A DNA stretch of 64,000 bases from Comamonadaceae bacterium (GCA_947443645.1 CANEXF010000004.1:18642-82641); one strand, 5' to 3'. Counted from the stretch's first letter, positions 49,532 to 59,859 are shown. Notes: generated from the letters alone by a model not told the origin. Numbers and translations: made by a program.

Positions 49532-50143
49532 TTATATCTGGTCAAGCCGCAAGCTTTCGGGCGCCATGCCCGCGACTTGGACCAGTTGTTCGAGCAGGGC
49601 TTGCGGCTCCGCGCCGACATGGATCAGTTCCATCTGCCAGTCGCTCATGAAGCCGCTTTTGACCGATGAGGCCAGAAAGGCCAGCAAGTCGGCGTAATAA
49701 CCGTCCAGGTTGAGCAGGCCCACCGGCTTGGCGTGGTAACCGAGCTGGCGCCAGGTCCAGACCTCAAAAAACTCTTCCAGCGTTCCTATGCCTCCGGGCA
49801 ATGCCAGAAATGCGTCGGCATGCTCTGCCATCAGGCGTTTGCGCTCGTGCATGGTGTCGACGATGTGCAGTTCGGTGCAACCGCGATGGGCCCATTCTTT
49901 TTCAACCAGCGCCTGGGGAATCACGCCGATCACGCGGCCGCCAGCGGCCAGCGTCGCATCCGCCAGCATGCCCATCAGACCGTTGCGACCGCCGCCATAG
50001 ACCAGCTGGCCACCGTGCGCGCCTATCCAGCGGCCAACTTCGCGTGCGACGGCTTCAAATTCAGCTTGGTTGCCCGGACGGGAACCGCAATAAACGCAGA
50101 GAGAAAAAGCGGGCTTTTTGAACTCGGAAACTTGGCTGCTCAT
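49532..50143 (-). CDS. LOG family (TIGR00730) nucleotide phosphoribohydrolase
   Basis: PGGIGTLEEFFEVWTW motif. Confidence 0.88.
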   Translation of the reverse strand: MSSQVSEFKKPAFSLCVYCGSRPGNQAEFEAVAREVGRWIGAHGGQLVYGGGRNGLMGMLADATLAAGGRVIGVIPQALVEKEWAHRGCTELHIVDTMHERKRLMAEHADAFLALPGGIGTLEEFFEVWTWRQLGYHAKPVGLLNLDGYYADLLAFLASSVKSGFMSDWQMELIHVGAEPQALLEQLVQVAGMAPESLRLDQI

Positions 50144-50595
50144 GCGATAAACCTTTGAATGATTGCTGTGGCCCAGGTGGCGGCGCAGAGTAACAAACTC
50201 AGCAAAACTGCTGCGCTGCCCATGTCTTTGGCCCGCTTGGACAGGTCATGCCATTCTGGACCAATCCTGTCTATGGCCGTTTCGATACCGGTGTTGAGCA
50301 ACTCGACAATCATGATGAGAATGACTGTGCCGGCCAGCAACACAGTCTCAACCCAGCTGCGGCCCAGCCAGAAGGCGGCCGGGATCAGCAGCAAAGAAGC
50401 CAGTGCTTCCTGGCGAAAAGCCGTTTCATGCCAACCAGCGCGCAAGCCCGCAATCGAATAGCCCAAGGCATGCCAGACACGACTTAGGCCCTTGCGGTGC
50501 TTTTGCGGATTAACGGGCTTGATGGCTGACGACCGGTGGTGGTTATCAGCTTGGCTGTCAGCCAAAAGGCTAATTGGTTCGGGCATAGCCGGCAT
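50140..50595 (-). CDS. dgkA: Diacylglycerol kinase
   Basis: RVWHALGYSIAGL...VELLNTGIETAIDRI...AKDMGSAAV motifs. The stop overlaps the LOG gene start. An alternative start is 50586. Confidence 0.85.
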   Translation of the reverse strand: MPAMPEPISLLADSQADNHHRSSAIKPVNPQKHRKGLSRVWHALGYSIAGLRAGWHETAFRQEALASLLLIPAAFWLGRSWVETVLLAGTVILIMIVELLNTGIETAIDRIGPEWHDLSKRAKDMGSAAVLLSLLLCAATWATAIIQRFIA

Positions 50596-50623
50596 TGTCA
50601 CGCCGCTTTGTGGCAACTTGATG

Positions 50624-51175
50624 TTAAGTTGGCTTGCTGTTCGCGACTTTGTCCGCACCGGCCAGCCTTGCTGCACGTTTCGGACTTTCCGGCGCGACCC
50701 AGTTGACAAGTCGGGTTCCGGCCCATGCGTCATGCCAAAACTGCTTTTGTGGATGGAAACGCGCCAAAACAGCCCAAACCGCGACCCAGCCCAGGGTCAA
50801 TACCGCGCCTTCCGCACCTTGCAGGCCCCATAGCCAGCTGATGGCCAGCGGTGGCAAAAACCACAGCCAGCTTAACGCGTAGCGCAGCAATGCCCGCTTC
50901 TGGGTGATGGGGGCGCCATGGCTGTCCACCACGCGGATGTTCCAGGTTTTCATGGCCAGCGTTTGGCCTTTTGACCAAAACCAGACAAAGTAAATGCCAA
51001 AAACCACGAAAACAAAAGCCTGCAATGCATGGCGGTTGTCCATCGCGTTTCGCGTCTGACTCAATGTGCTGAAAAGATAGCCGGCAATAAAGACCACGCC
51101 GAACATCAGCAGGCCCTCATAAGCCCAGCAGGCCATGCGACGTGCGAGAGACGGGATTGAGTTATTGGGTTGCAT
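50624..51175 (-). CDS. RDD family membrane protein
   Basis: ARRMACWAYEGLLMFGV and the TM pattern typical of RDD domain proteins. Confidence 0.75.
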   Translation of the reverse strand: MQPNNSIPSLARRMACWAYEGLLMFGVVFIAGYLFSTLSQTRNAMDNRHALQAFVFVVFGIYFVWFWSKGQTLAMKTWNIRVVDSHGAPITQKRALLRYALSWLWFLPPLAISWLWGLQGAEGAVLTLGWVAVWAVLARFHPQKQFWHDAWAGTRLVNWVAPESPKRAARLAGADKVANSKPT

Positions 51176-51273
51176 CAATAGATCGGGGCTCGTGATGGAC
51201 CGCGTTTGGGCAAAGCGGCGGGTGACTGTTTCTGGGGCAACGGTTGCGGCGCCTTGTTGGCGATGCAAAGACC

Positions 51274-51987
51274 TCAGTTTTTAGGCATGCTGCTGACGCT
51301 GCCAGTTGCGCCGTCTGTCGCACTGCTTGCGGCGTGGCCTGCGGCAGGACTGGCAGGTGCTGATGCATTTTTACGTATGACAGCCAGTTTTTGCGGCGCG
51401 ACCGGCTTGACCGCCGGCGCCGCGCCTACGGTTTTTGCACTATTCGCCGCCAGCTTTTGTTTTTCTTCAGGGCTCAGGGCTTGATAGGAGTCCCATTTCG
51501 CTTTTTTCTCATCTGGCGTCAACTGCTTGGACAGTTCTTTGGTCTTTGCAAAGTTAAGACGGGCTTGCATGCGTTGTTGCGGGCTCAGGCTTACCCACTC
51601 GTTCATGCGGCTGTGCATGGTCGCCTGATCAGCGGGTGCCAAGGCAGGATAGTTTTTCGAAATTTCCAGCCATTTGCGCTTTTGCGGCTCACTGATGGCG
51701 TTCCAGCTCTGCGCCAAAGGCTTGAGCGCCTGCTGCTGTATCGGGCTGAGTTCAGACCAGGTCGGCTTGGACAATGTCGCCGCGAAAGGGCCGTTAGTGG
51801 CTATTTTTGCTCTAGCCTGGGCGCCAGCCTTGCTTGCTGCTGGCGCGCTGGCGGCGGCTGCCGGGTTAGCCGTTTGGCCGAAAGCAGCGTCGGGCAGCAT
51901 TGGCAAAGCTGCAACAAAAACAGCTATCCACAGCATTGAAAGCCTGTTGGCTGGCTGGTCACCCGAAATTCTGGCTGGTGGCGTCAT
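51274..51987 (-). CDS. DUF3106 family exported protein with repeated L(S/T)PxxQ-like motifs
   Basis: Signal peptide MLWIAVFVAALPMLPDAAFG. Six repeats such as LSPIQQQ, LSPQQRM, LTPDEKK and LSPEEKQ. A likely start is Met 51936. Confidence 0.75.
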   Translation of the reverse strand: MTPPARISGDQPANRLSMLWIAVFVAALPMLPDAAFGQTANPAAAASAPAASKAGAQARAKIATNGPFAATLSKPTWSELSPIQQQALKPLAQSWNAISEPQKRKWLEISKNYPALAPADQATMHSRMNEWVSLSPQQRMQARLNFAKTKELSKQLTPDEKKAKWDSYQALSPEEKQKLAANSAKTVGAAPAVKPVAPQKLAVIRKNASAPASPAAGHAASSATDGATGSVSSMPKN

Positions 51988-52010
51988 CGTGCGGTCAATA
52001 GATCACAGAA

Positions 52011-52439
52011 TCAGCGGTTGGCTTTAAGAAACTGAACAAAGCCAGGATCTGAAAATGCAGCAGGCGGCAGTTCATCAGTCAGCAGTGCGACGTCCACCTC
52101 AGCAACCTCGCGGGCCCGGTTGTCGTTCTGAATGGAGTTGATGAGCAGCAAACCGACGACCAGCGCCACCAGTGGCAGGACCGAGCCGACACGTGACCAC
52201 CAGCTCAAGCCATCGTTGGAGCCCCAAGTCAAGGCAGCGCTTGAACCGGTATTCACCACGTTGCCTGCGGTTTGAGCTTTTGCGACTTTGCGCATGGATA
52301 CCGCCTGTGCGCGGGCTGCGCGCAGACGTTCAGAAACCTCGTAAGGCAAATCTACGGTTCCCGCCGACAGGTAGGACGCGGCTTTCAACGCGAAACGCTC
52401 CTGAAGAATATCTGCCCGCTGTTGTAGTGAATTAGTCAT
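52011..52439 (-). CDS. DUF3619 family single-pass membrane protein (candidate anti-sigma factor)
   Basis: 142 aa with one central TM helix. Its start overlaps the stop of the ECF sigma gene. Confidence 0.7.
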   Translation of the reverse strand: MTNSLQQRADILQERFALKAASYLSAGTVDLPYEVSERLRAARAQAVSMRKVAKAQTAGNVVNTGSSAALTWGSNDGLSWWSRVGSVLPLVALVVGLLLINSIQNDNRAREVAEVDVALLTDELPPAAFSDPGFVQFLKANR

Positions 52440-53002
52440 AGTTTTATACCTTTGGCACCTAGCGCTTTACTGAGCGCGAGCACCGCACGAGAGCAGTGGG
52501 TTTTGACGCTTCCTTCGGAACAGCCCATGGCTGCAGCCGTTTCAGCCACATCCATCTCTTCCCAATAACGCATCAGAAAGGCTTCTCGTTGACGACCTGG
52601 CAACTGTTTTACCTCGACTTCTATCTCGCGCAGTATTTGGGCACGCTCCGTGGCGTCCTGTGCGCTTTCCGTACCAGCAGAGTCGTTTGCCAGCTCCAAA
52701 GTTTCAAGAAGATCGAAATCGCCGTCTTCTCCGGCGGATTCGAAATCACTCATATTGGAGAAAAGTGCGTTTCGCGTCTTGCGACGGCGGAACCAGTCCA
52801 GCGTGGTGTTGGACAAAATCCGCTGAAACAACATGGGCAGTTCGGCCACGGGCTTGTCGCCATAGTGCTGGGCCAGTTTCATCATGCTGTCCTGAACAAT
52901 ATCAAGAGCAGCTTCCTGGTCCCGCACGTGGTAAATGCTTCGCTTGAACGCCCGTTTTTCAACGCTTTTCAGGAAGTCAGAAAGTTCTTGTTCAGTTGCC
53001 AA
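52436..53002 (-). CDS. ECF-type RNA polymerase sigma-70 factor
   Basis: Sigma70 region 2 (ALDIVQDSMMKLAQHY...FQRILSNTTLDWFRRR) and region 4 (LPGRQREAFLMRYWEEMDVAETAAAMGCSEGSVKTHCSRA). Confidence 0.9.
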   Translation of the reverse strand: MATEQELSDFLKSVEKRAFKRSIYHVRDQEAALDIVQDSMMKLAQHYGDKPVAELPMLFQRILSNTTLDWFRRRKTRNALFSNMSDFESAGEDGDFDLLETLELANDSAGTESAQDATERAQILREIEVEVKQLPGRQREAFLMRYWEEMDVAETAAAMGCSEGSVKTHCSRAVLALSKALGAKGIKL

Positions 53003-53282
53003 CGGTTCGGGTTTCCGGTTTGTCCAGTGCCGTGATTATTCTGTATCGAGACCTGAAATTATCACATCACCCCTGAAGTCGGCCTCTGCAATCGCTCGAC
53101 TCGTCGCCATTGTGCAACATGAAATGTCATAATAAGCGTTGCAATTCAAAAGGCAAACGGGTCCTGACTCGGCGGTTTATGTTTCCGCTTATGGTTTTGG
53201 CCTCAAGTCTTGACGCTACTTCACAAGAGCCAGCGAAAAGGCACCCAAGGTATTTCGTTAGAGAAATTCACAAAGGTTCATC

Positions 53283-55067
53283 ATGGAAATCTCCAAAGCG
53301 GAAATCGCTTCCGCAGCAGCTGCGTCTGCAAATTCGACTTCAAACTCCCAAGAGCTGCGTGGCGCAGAAATTCTGGTCAAGTCACTGCAGGCTGAGGGCG
53401 TCAAGCACATCTGGGGCTATCCCGGCGGTGCAGTTCTACACATCTACGACGCGTTTTACAAGCAGGATGCCATTCAGCACATTCTGGTGCGTCACGAGCA
53501 GGCGGCCGTTCACGCTGCTGATGGCTATGCGCGCGCTACTGGTGAGGTTGGGGTTGCTCTTGTTACCTCCGGACCAGGTGTCACGAATGCAGTAACGGGC
53601 ATTGCAACGGCCTATATGGACAGCATTCCCATGGTCATCATTACGGGCCAGGTGCCAACGCACGCAATTGGCCTGGATGCCTTTCAGGAATGCGACACCG
53701 TGGGCATTACCCGGCCCATCGTCAAACACAATTTTCTGGTCAAGGATGTGAGGCAAATGGCCGACACCTTGAAGAAAGCCTTTCACATTGCCAGAAGCGG
53801 CCGGCCAGGACCGGTCGTGGTGGACATCCCTAAAGACGTGTCCTTTAACAAGACTGCGTACACGGGTCATCCGCAGACGGTTGAAATGCGCTCCTACAAT
53901 CCCGTGCGCAAAGGCCACGGCGGGCAAATTCGCAAGGCGCTTCAGTTGCTGATGTCTGCCAAACGGCCCTACATTTACACCGGCGGCGGCGTGTTGTTGA
54001 GCAACGCATCACAGGAGTTGCGCACGTTGGTGGACATGCTGGGCTACCCCTGCACGAACACCCTCATGGGACTCGGTGCTTACCCCGCAAGTGACAAAAA
54101 ATTCCTTGGCATGCTCGGCATGCACGGCACTTTTGAAGCCAATCATGCAATGCAGAACTGCGACGTGTTGCTTGCCGTTGGCGCCCGTTTTGATGATCGT
54201 GTGATCGGAAACCCAAAACACTTTGCGCAGAATGAACGCAAGATCATCCATATTGACATTGACCCGTCAAGCATCTCCAAGCGCGTGAAGGTAGACGTGC
54301 CCATCGTTGGCGATGTCAAGGATGTTTTGACCGAGTTGATCGGCATGATCCGGGAGTCCGGCTTGAAGCCAGACGCCGACGCGCTTGGTGGCTGGTGGGA
54401 CACGATTGAAGGCTGGCGCAAGCGCGACTGCATGAAATACAGTCTTGGAAAAGGCGATGTCATCAAGCCGCAGTACGTGGTTGAAACGCTCTGGAACATG
54501 ACCAAAGATGCGGATACCTACATCACCTCCGATGTGGGCCAGCATCAAATGTGGGCTGCCCAGTATTACAAGTTTGACGAGCCGCGCCGATGGATCAATT
54601 CCGGTGGTCTGGGTACCATGGGTGTTGGAATTCCTTACGCCATGGGCGTGAAGACGGCCAAGCCGGACTCGGAAGTTTTTTGTATTACCGGCGAAGGCTC
54701 GGTACAGATGTGCATCCAGGAGCTGTCCACCTGCCTGCAATACAACACGCCGATCAAGATCGTCTCACTCAATAACCGCTATCTGGGCATGGTGCGCCAG
54801 TGGCAGGAAATTGAATATGCCGGCCGCTACAGCAGCAGCTATATGGACGCGCTGCCAAATTTTGTGAAACTGGCCGAGGCCTATGGCCATGTAGGCATGT
54901 TGATCGAGAAGCCCGAAGACGTGGAGCCGGCTCTGCGTGAAGCCCGTAAGCTAAAGGATCGCACGGTCTTCATGGACTTCCGTACCGACCCGACCGAAAA
55001 CGTGTTTCCCATGGTGCAGGCCGGCAAGGGCATCAACGAAATGCTGCTGGGGTCTGAGGACCTTTAG
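53283..55067 (+). CDS. ilvI: Acetolactate synthase large (catalytic) subunit
   Basis: GAEILVKSLQAEGV...WGYPGG N-terminus and the ThDP motif GGLGTMGVGIPYAMG. Confidence 0.95.
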   Translation: MEISKAEIASAAAASANSTSNSQELRGAEILVKSLQAEGVKHIWGYPGGAVLHIYDAFYKQDAIQHILVRHEQAAVHAADGYARATGEVGVALVTSGPGVTNAVTGIATAYMDSIPMVIITGQVPTHAIGLDAFQECDTVGITRPIVKHNFLVKDVRQMADTLKKAFHIARSGRPGPVVVDIPKDVSFNKTAYTGHPQTVEMRSYNPVRKGHGGQIRKALQLLMSAKRPYIYTGGGVLLSNASQELRTLVDMLGYPCTNTLMGLGAYPASDKKFLGMLGMHGTFEANHAMQNCDVLLAVGARFDDRVIGNPKHFAQNERKIIHIDIDPSSISKRVKVDVPIVGDVKDVLTELIGMIRESGLKPDADALGGWWDTIEGWRKRDCMKYSLGKGDVIKPQYVVETLWNMTKDADTYITSDVGQHQMWAAQYYKFDEPRRWINSGGLGTMGVGIPYAMGVKTAKPDSEVFCITGEGSVQMCIQELSTCLQYNTPIKIVSLNNRYLGMVRQWQEIEYAGRYSSSYMDALPNFVKLAEAYGHVGMLIEKPEDVEPALREARKLKDRTVFMDFRTDPTENVFPMVQAGKGINEMLLGSEDL

Positions 55068-55177
55068 GCTTCACGCCGCTTCAATACATCTGTAAAACGT
55101 CATCCGACGAATCTATTGTCTGCCGAGCCTGCGCATTACCGTGCGCAGGGGAGGGCAGCGAAAAGAGGAATCTTCTT

Positions 55178-55669
55178 ATGAAACACATCATCGCAGTTTT
55201 GCTTGAAAACGAGCCCGGAGCGTTGTCGCGCGTTGTGGGGCTGTTTTCAGCTCGTGGCTACAACATCGAGAGCCTGACCGTCGCGCCTACGGAAGATCCA
55301 AGTCTTTCCCGCATGACGATTCAGACCACGGGTTCTGACGACGTCATCGAACAAATCACCAAACACCTGAACCGCTTGATTGAAGTGGTCAAAGTCGTCG
55401 ATCTGACCGAGGGTGCCTACACCGAGCGTGAGCTCATGATGGTGAAAGTGCGTGCGGTCGGAAAGGAGCGCGAGGAAATGAAGCGCATGGCTGATATATT
55501 TCGCGGTCGGATTATTGATGTGACCGAAAAAAGTTACACCATCGAGCTAACCGGTGATCAGTCCAAGAACGATGCGTTTCTCGAAGCCATTGACCGTACG
55601 GCCATTCTGGAAACCGTCAGAACCGGCTCCAGCGGCATAGGTCGTGGAGAGAGAATTCTCAGAGTTTGA
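55178..55669 (+). CDS. ilvH: Acetolactate synthase small (regulatory) subunit
   Basis: MKHIIAVLLENEPGALSRVVGLFSARGYNIESL ACT domain. Confidence 0.95.
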   Translation: MKHIIAVLLENEPGALSRVVGLFSARGYNIESLTVAPTEDPSLSRMTIQTTGSDDVIEQITKHLNRLIEVVKVVDLTEGAYTERELMMVKVRAVGKEREEMKRMADIFRGRIIDVTEKSYTIELTGDQSKNDAFLEAIDRTAILETVRTGSSGIGRGERILRV

Positions 55670-55690
55670 TTTCAGTTGTCCGTGCGCGCG

Positions 55691-55762
55691 TTTCGACAGG
55701 CTCAACGCGAACGGATTTTTGAGTGGCGACATGCGTGTACCGTTCGCCCTGAGCCTGTCAAA
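55691..55762. repeat. Long near-perfect inverted repeat between ilvH and ilvC
   Basis: Arms tttcgacaggctcaacgcgaacgg and ccgttcgccctgagcctgtcaaa pair at about 21 of 23 positions around a 25-nt loop. Confidence 0.85.
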
Positions 55763-55786
55763 GGGCATTTTCGCCAGACCCCATAG

Positions 55787-56824
<1,038 letters not shown>

Positions 56825-56855
56825 TCTTCGGATCCGTCAGGCCTTGTCCTGCAAG

Positions 56856-56886
56856 AAGCCGCGCATAGTTCTTGCGCGGCTTTTTT
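56856..56886 (+). terminator. Intrinsic terminator after ilvC
   Basis: Perfect 10-bp stem aagccgcgca/tgcgcggctt followed by a T-run. Confidence 0.85.
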
Positions 56887-56994
56887 AATGGGCCACGCAA
56901 ACTTGGTTTTTGCCGTAAACCTTCTGCTGACGAGTGCCAGTCTGTTTGGTATCCTCTGCGCTTGTCGTGGCATGATTGCCGACATGCTTTATTT

Positions 56995-57022
56995 GCTATT
57001 TATTTGATAGCTGCTTGCGCCC
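56995..57022. repeat. AT-rich 28-nt palindromic element, intergenic copy upstream of pssA
   Basis: gctatttatttgatagctgcttgcgccc is 23/28 identical to 39003-39030 and 24/28 identical to the reverse complement of 13541-13568. Confidence 0.85.
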
Positions 57023-57049
57023 AGCTGCGCTGCTTTAGGAGTATTTTTT

Positions 57050-57862
57050 ATGCATGATGGCGAAGAAACCGCTGCCAGTTCGGACGAGGTTGTGGTGCGC
57101 AAGCTGCGTAAAGGCATTTACATATTGCCCAACCTGTTCACTCTGGCGGCGCTGTTTGGTGGCTTTTACGCCATTGTGATGGCCATGAATGGACGCTTTG
57201 ACCAAGCAGCTATCGGCGTGTTTTGTGCGATGGTGCTCGACAGCCTGGATGGCCGCATCGCCCGTATGACCAATACCCAGAGTGCGTTTGGCGAGCAGAT
57301 GGATTCCCTGTCAGACATGGTTTCCTTTGGGGCTGCGCCAGCTTTGATCGCCTACGTATGGGCGCTGACCAGCTTGGGGCGATGGGGCTGGATAGGGGCA
57401 TTTGTATATTGCGCTTGCGCTGCCTTGCGACTGGCCCGCTTCAATGTGAACACCGCTGTGGTGGACAAGCGGTTTTTCCAGGGTTTGCCATCGCCAGCTG
57501 CCGCTGCACTGGTAGCTGGTTTTATCTGGTTGATGACTGACGCGGGTATCAGTGGCCTGGAGGTGCGCTGGATAACTTTCGCCTTGACGCTCTACGCCGG
57601 ACTGACCATGGTCACGAACGTGCCGTTTTACAGCTTCAAGGATGTCAGCATGAAACGTAGTGTTCCGTTCGTGGTTATTGTCTTGATCGCGCTGGGCATT
57701 GCCGTGATCAACATTCATCCACCCATCGTGATGTTTGGTCTTTTTGTGATTTATGGTTTCTCAGGCTATGCGATCTATGGCTGGCGCAAGGCCAAGGGAT
57801 TGCAAACCAGCGTGATTTCAACATCGACTGACGAGCCTGACGAGCGCGGACTTCACAAATAA
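57050..57862 (+). CDS. pssA: CDP-diacylglycerol--serine O-phosphatidyltransferase
   Basis: CDP-alcohol phosphatidyltransferase motif DSLDGRIARMTNTQSAFGEQMDSLSD. An aggag RBS is present. Confidence 0.92.
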   Translation: MHDGEETAASSDEVVVRKLRKGIYILPNLFTLAALFGGFYAIVMAMNGRFDQAAIGVFCAMVLDSLDGRIARMTNTQSAFGEQMDSLSDMVSFGAAPALIAYVWALTSLGRWGWIGAFVYCACAALRLARFNVNTAVVDKRFFQGLPSPAAAALVAGFIWLMTDAGISGLEVRWITFALTLYAGLTMVTNVPFYSFKDVSMKRSVPFVVIVLIALGIAVINIHPPIVMFGLFVIYGFSGYAIYGWRKAKGLQTSVISTSTDEPDERGLHK

Positions 57863-57881
57863 ATTGTGATACGATCTAAAA

Positions 57882-57935
57882 ATGAAAAAAATCCTGCTAG
57901 CGCTACTGCTATCTGCCAACGGGCGGAGACGGTAG
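57882..57935 (+). CDS. Leucine-rich leader peptide (17 aa, MKKILLALLLSANGRRR)
   Basis: Short ORF with 5 Leu codons among codons 5-10, three of them CTA. It lies immediately upstream of a strong terminator and of leuA. Confidence 0.65.
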   Translation: MKKILLALLLSANGRRR

Positions 57936-57955
57936 CGTTCGCGTACACCGGATTC

Positions 57956-57993
57956 AACGGCCCGTTTGCAGCAGCAACGGGCCGTTTTTTTTT
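57956..57993 (+). terminator. Attenuator terminator upstream of leuA
   Basis: Perfect 11-bp stem aacggcccgtt/aacgggccgtt, a 9-nt loop, and a run of 9 T. The upstream segment aacgggc (57918-57924) can pair with the 5' arm as an antiterminator. Confidence 0.8.
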
Positions 57994-58103
57994 GCGTTGC
58001 TGCTTCCTGAAACTGAAAAACAAACCACACTGCCGCGGTGTTGAAGCCAGCTTCCAAGCCCTACAACAACTCAAGCATTTTCAAAAACCGTTCGGAGATC
58101 GCC

Positions 58104-59642
58104 ATGACTGAAAAACTCATTATTTTTGATACAACCTTGCGTGACGGCGAGCAGTCGCCAGGCGCATCGATGACGCGCGATGAAAAGTTACGTATTGCGC
58201 GGCAACTTGAGCGGCTGAAGGTGGACGTGATCGAAGCAGGGTTTGCGGCCAGTTCAAACGGCGATTTTGAGTGCGTCAAAGCCATTGCTGAGGTCATCAA
58301 GGACGCTACCATCTGCTCCTTGGCTCGTGCCAATGACCGGGATATATCGCGTGCTGCTGAAGCGCTTAAGCCTGCAGCTTCAGGCCGCCTGCATCTTTTT
58401 CTCGCTACCAGCGCCTTGCATATGGAAAAGAAGTTGCGCATGACGCCGGACCAGGTGTTCGAGCAGGCCAAGCTTTCCGTGCGGTTTGCGCGCAATCTGA
58501 TGGGTGATATCGAGTTCAGCCCGGAAGATGGTTACCGGTCTGACCCGGATTTCTTGTGCCGGGTGATTGAAGCCGTGATTGCGGAGGGCGCGACCACCAT
58601 CAATGTGCCTGACACCGTGGGTTACGCGATTCCTGAGCTTTACGGCAATTTCATCAAGAACCTGCGCGAGCGCATCCCCAACAGTGACAAGGCCGTCTGG
58701 TCGGTGCATTGCCACAACGACCTCGGCATGGCGGTGGCCAACTCGCTGGCAGGCGTCAAGATTGGTGGCGCACGTCAGGTGGAGTGCACCATCAATGGCC
58801 TGGGTGAGCGCGCCGGTAATTGCTCGCTCGAAGAGGTCGTGATGGCCGTGAAGACGCGTAAGGATTATTTCGGGCTGGATATTGGCATTGACACCAAACA
58901 CATCCTTGCAACCAGCCGCATGGTTAGCCAGACCACCGGCTTCGTGATTCAGCCTAACAAGGCTGTTGTTGGCGCCAATGCCTTTGCCCATGCTTCCGGC
59001 ATTCACCAGGATGGCGTATTGAAGGCGCGTGACACCTACGAGATCATGCGCGCAGAAGATGTGGGCTGGAGCGCAAACAAGATTGTTCTGGGCAAGCTCA
59101 GTGGACGTAATGCCTTCAAGCAGCGTTTGCAGGAGCTCGGCGTCGCCATGGAAAGCGAAGCAGAAATCAACAGCGCGTTTGTTAAGTTCAAAGACCTTGC
59201 TGATCGTAAAAGTGATATTTTTGACGAAGACATTCTGGCTTTGGTGAGTGATGAAAGCGTGACGCACCACAACGAGCAGTACGGCTTTGTTTCCTTATCC
59301 CAGCATAGTGAAACCGGCGAGCGGCCGCAGGCCCAAGTGGTTTTTACAGTGGCAGGCAAGGAGGTCAAAGGCCAATCGGACGGCAACGGCCCTGTAGATG
59401 CCTCACTCAAAGCGATCGAGTCTCATGTCAAGAGTGGCGCGGAGATGGTTCTGTACTCCGTCAACGCCATCAGTGGCTCGACAGAGAGTCAAGGGGAAGT
59501 GACTGTGCGTCTGCAAAACAGTGGGCGCGTGGTAAATGGTGTGGGTTCAGATCCCGATATTGTGGTCGCTTCGGCGAAGGCCTATTTGAGCGCTCTGAAC
59601 AAGCTCCAGAGTAAAGCTGACCGAGTTGCCGCTCAAGGCTAA
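58104..59642 (+). CDS. leuA: 2-isopropylmalate synthase
   Basis: [23 protein letters not shown] and the [12 protein letters not shown] motif. A ggaga RBS precedes ATG 58104. Confidence 0.96.
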   Translation: MTEKLIIFDTTLRDGEQSPGASMTRDEKLRIARQLERLKVDVIEAGFAASSNGDFECVKAIAEVIKDATICSLARANDRDISRAAEALKPAASGRLHLFLATSALHMEKKLRMTPDQVFEQAKLSVRFARNLMGDIEFSPEDGYRSDPDFLCRVIEAVIAEGATTINVPDTVGYAIPELYGNFIKNLRERIPNSDKAVWSVHCHNDLGMAVANSLAGVKIGGARQVECTINGLGERAGNCSLEEVVMAVKTRKDYFGLDIGIDTKHILATSRMVSQTTGFVIQPNKAVVGANAFAHASGIHQDGVLKARDTYEIMRAEDVGWSANKIVLGKLSGRNAFKQRLQELGVAMESEAEINSAFVKFKDLADRKSDIFDEDILALVSDESVTHHNEQYGFVSLSQHSETGERPQAQVVFTVAGKEVKGQSDGNGPVDASLKAIESHVKSGAEMVLYSVNAISGSTESQGEVTVRLQNSGRVVNGVGSDPDIVVASAKAYLSALNKLQSKADRVAAQG

Positions 59643-59859
59643 GGACCGCTGGAGTTGCGCCGGGAATACTCTAAAAAATTTTTTATATTCAAAGACTTAG
59701 AGTGTTTTTGGCACGCTTTAAGCGGCCTTGGTTCAAAAAGTGGGCGGAATTAATTGTGTTTTTAGGAAAGTCGCGCAAGCTTTTGATATTGCGTGACTTT
59801 TTCTATTTGGATACACTCAAGCCATGCGCCTATTTGCAACCCCACGCGGGAACACCTTC

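Noticed and set aside
53003-53282. I searched for a Val/Ile/Leu-rich leader peptide and attenuator upstream of ilvI, and examined ORF 53110-53595.
   Set aside because: No short ORF with a run of branched-chain codons and no terminator hairpin was found. ORF 53110-53595 overlaps ilvI out of frame and has no motifs. I could not define a convincing promoter for the divergent ECF sigma gene either.
55547-55768. A 73-aa minus-strand ORF (MPFDRLRANG...LSLSKR) between ilvH and ilvC.
   Set aside because: It is simply the translation of the long inverted repeat and overlaps the 3' end of ilvH. I treat it as a repeat, not a gene.
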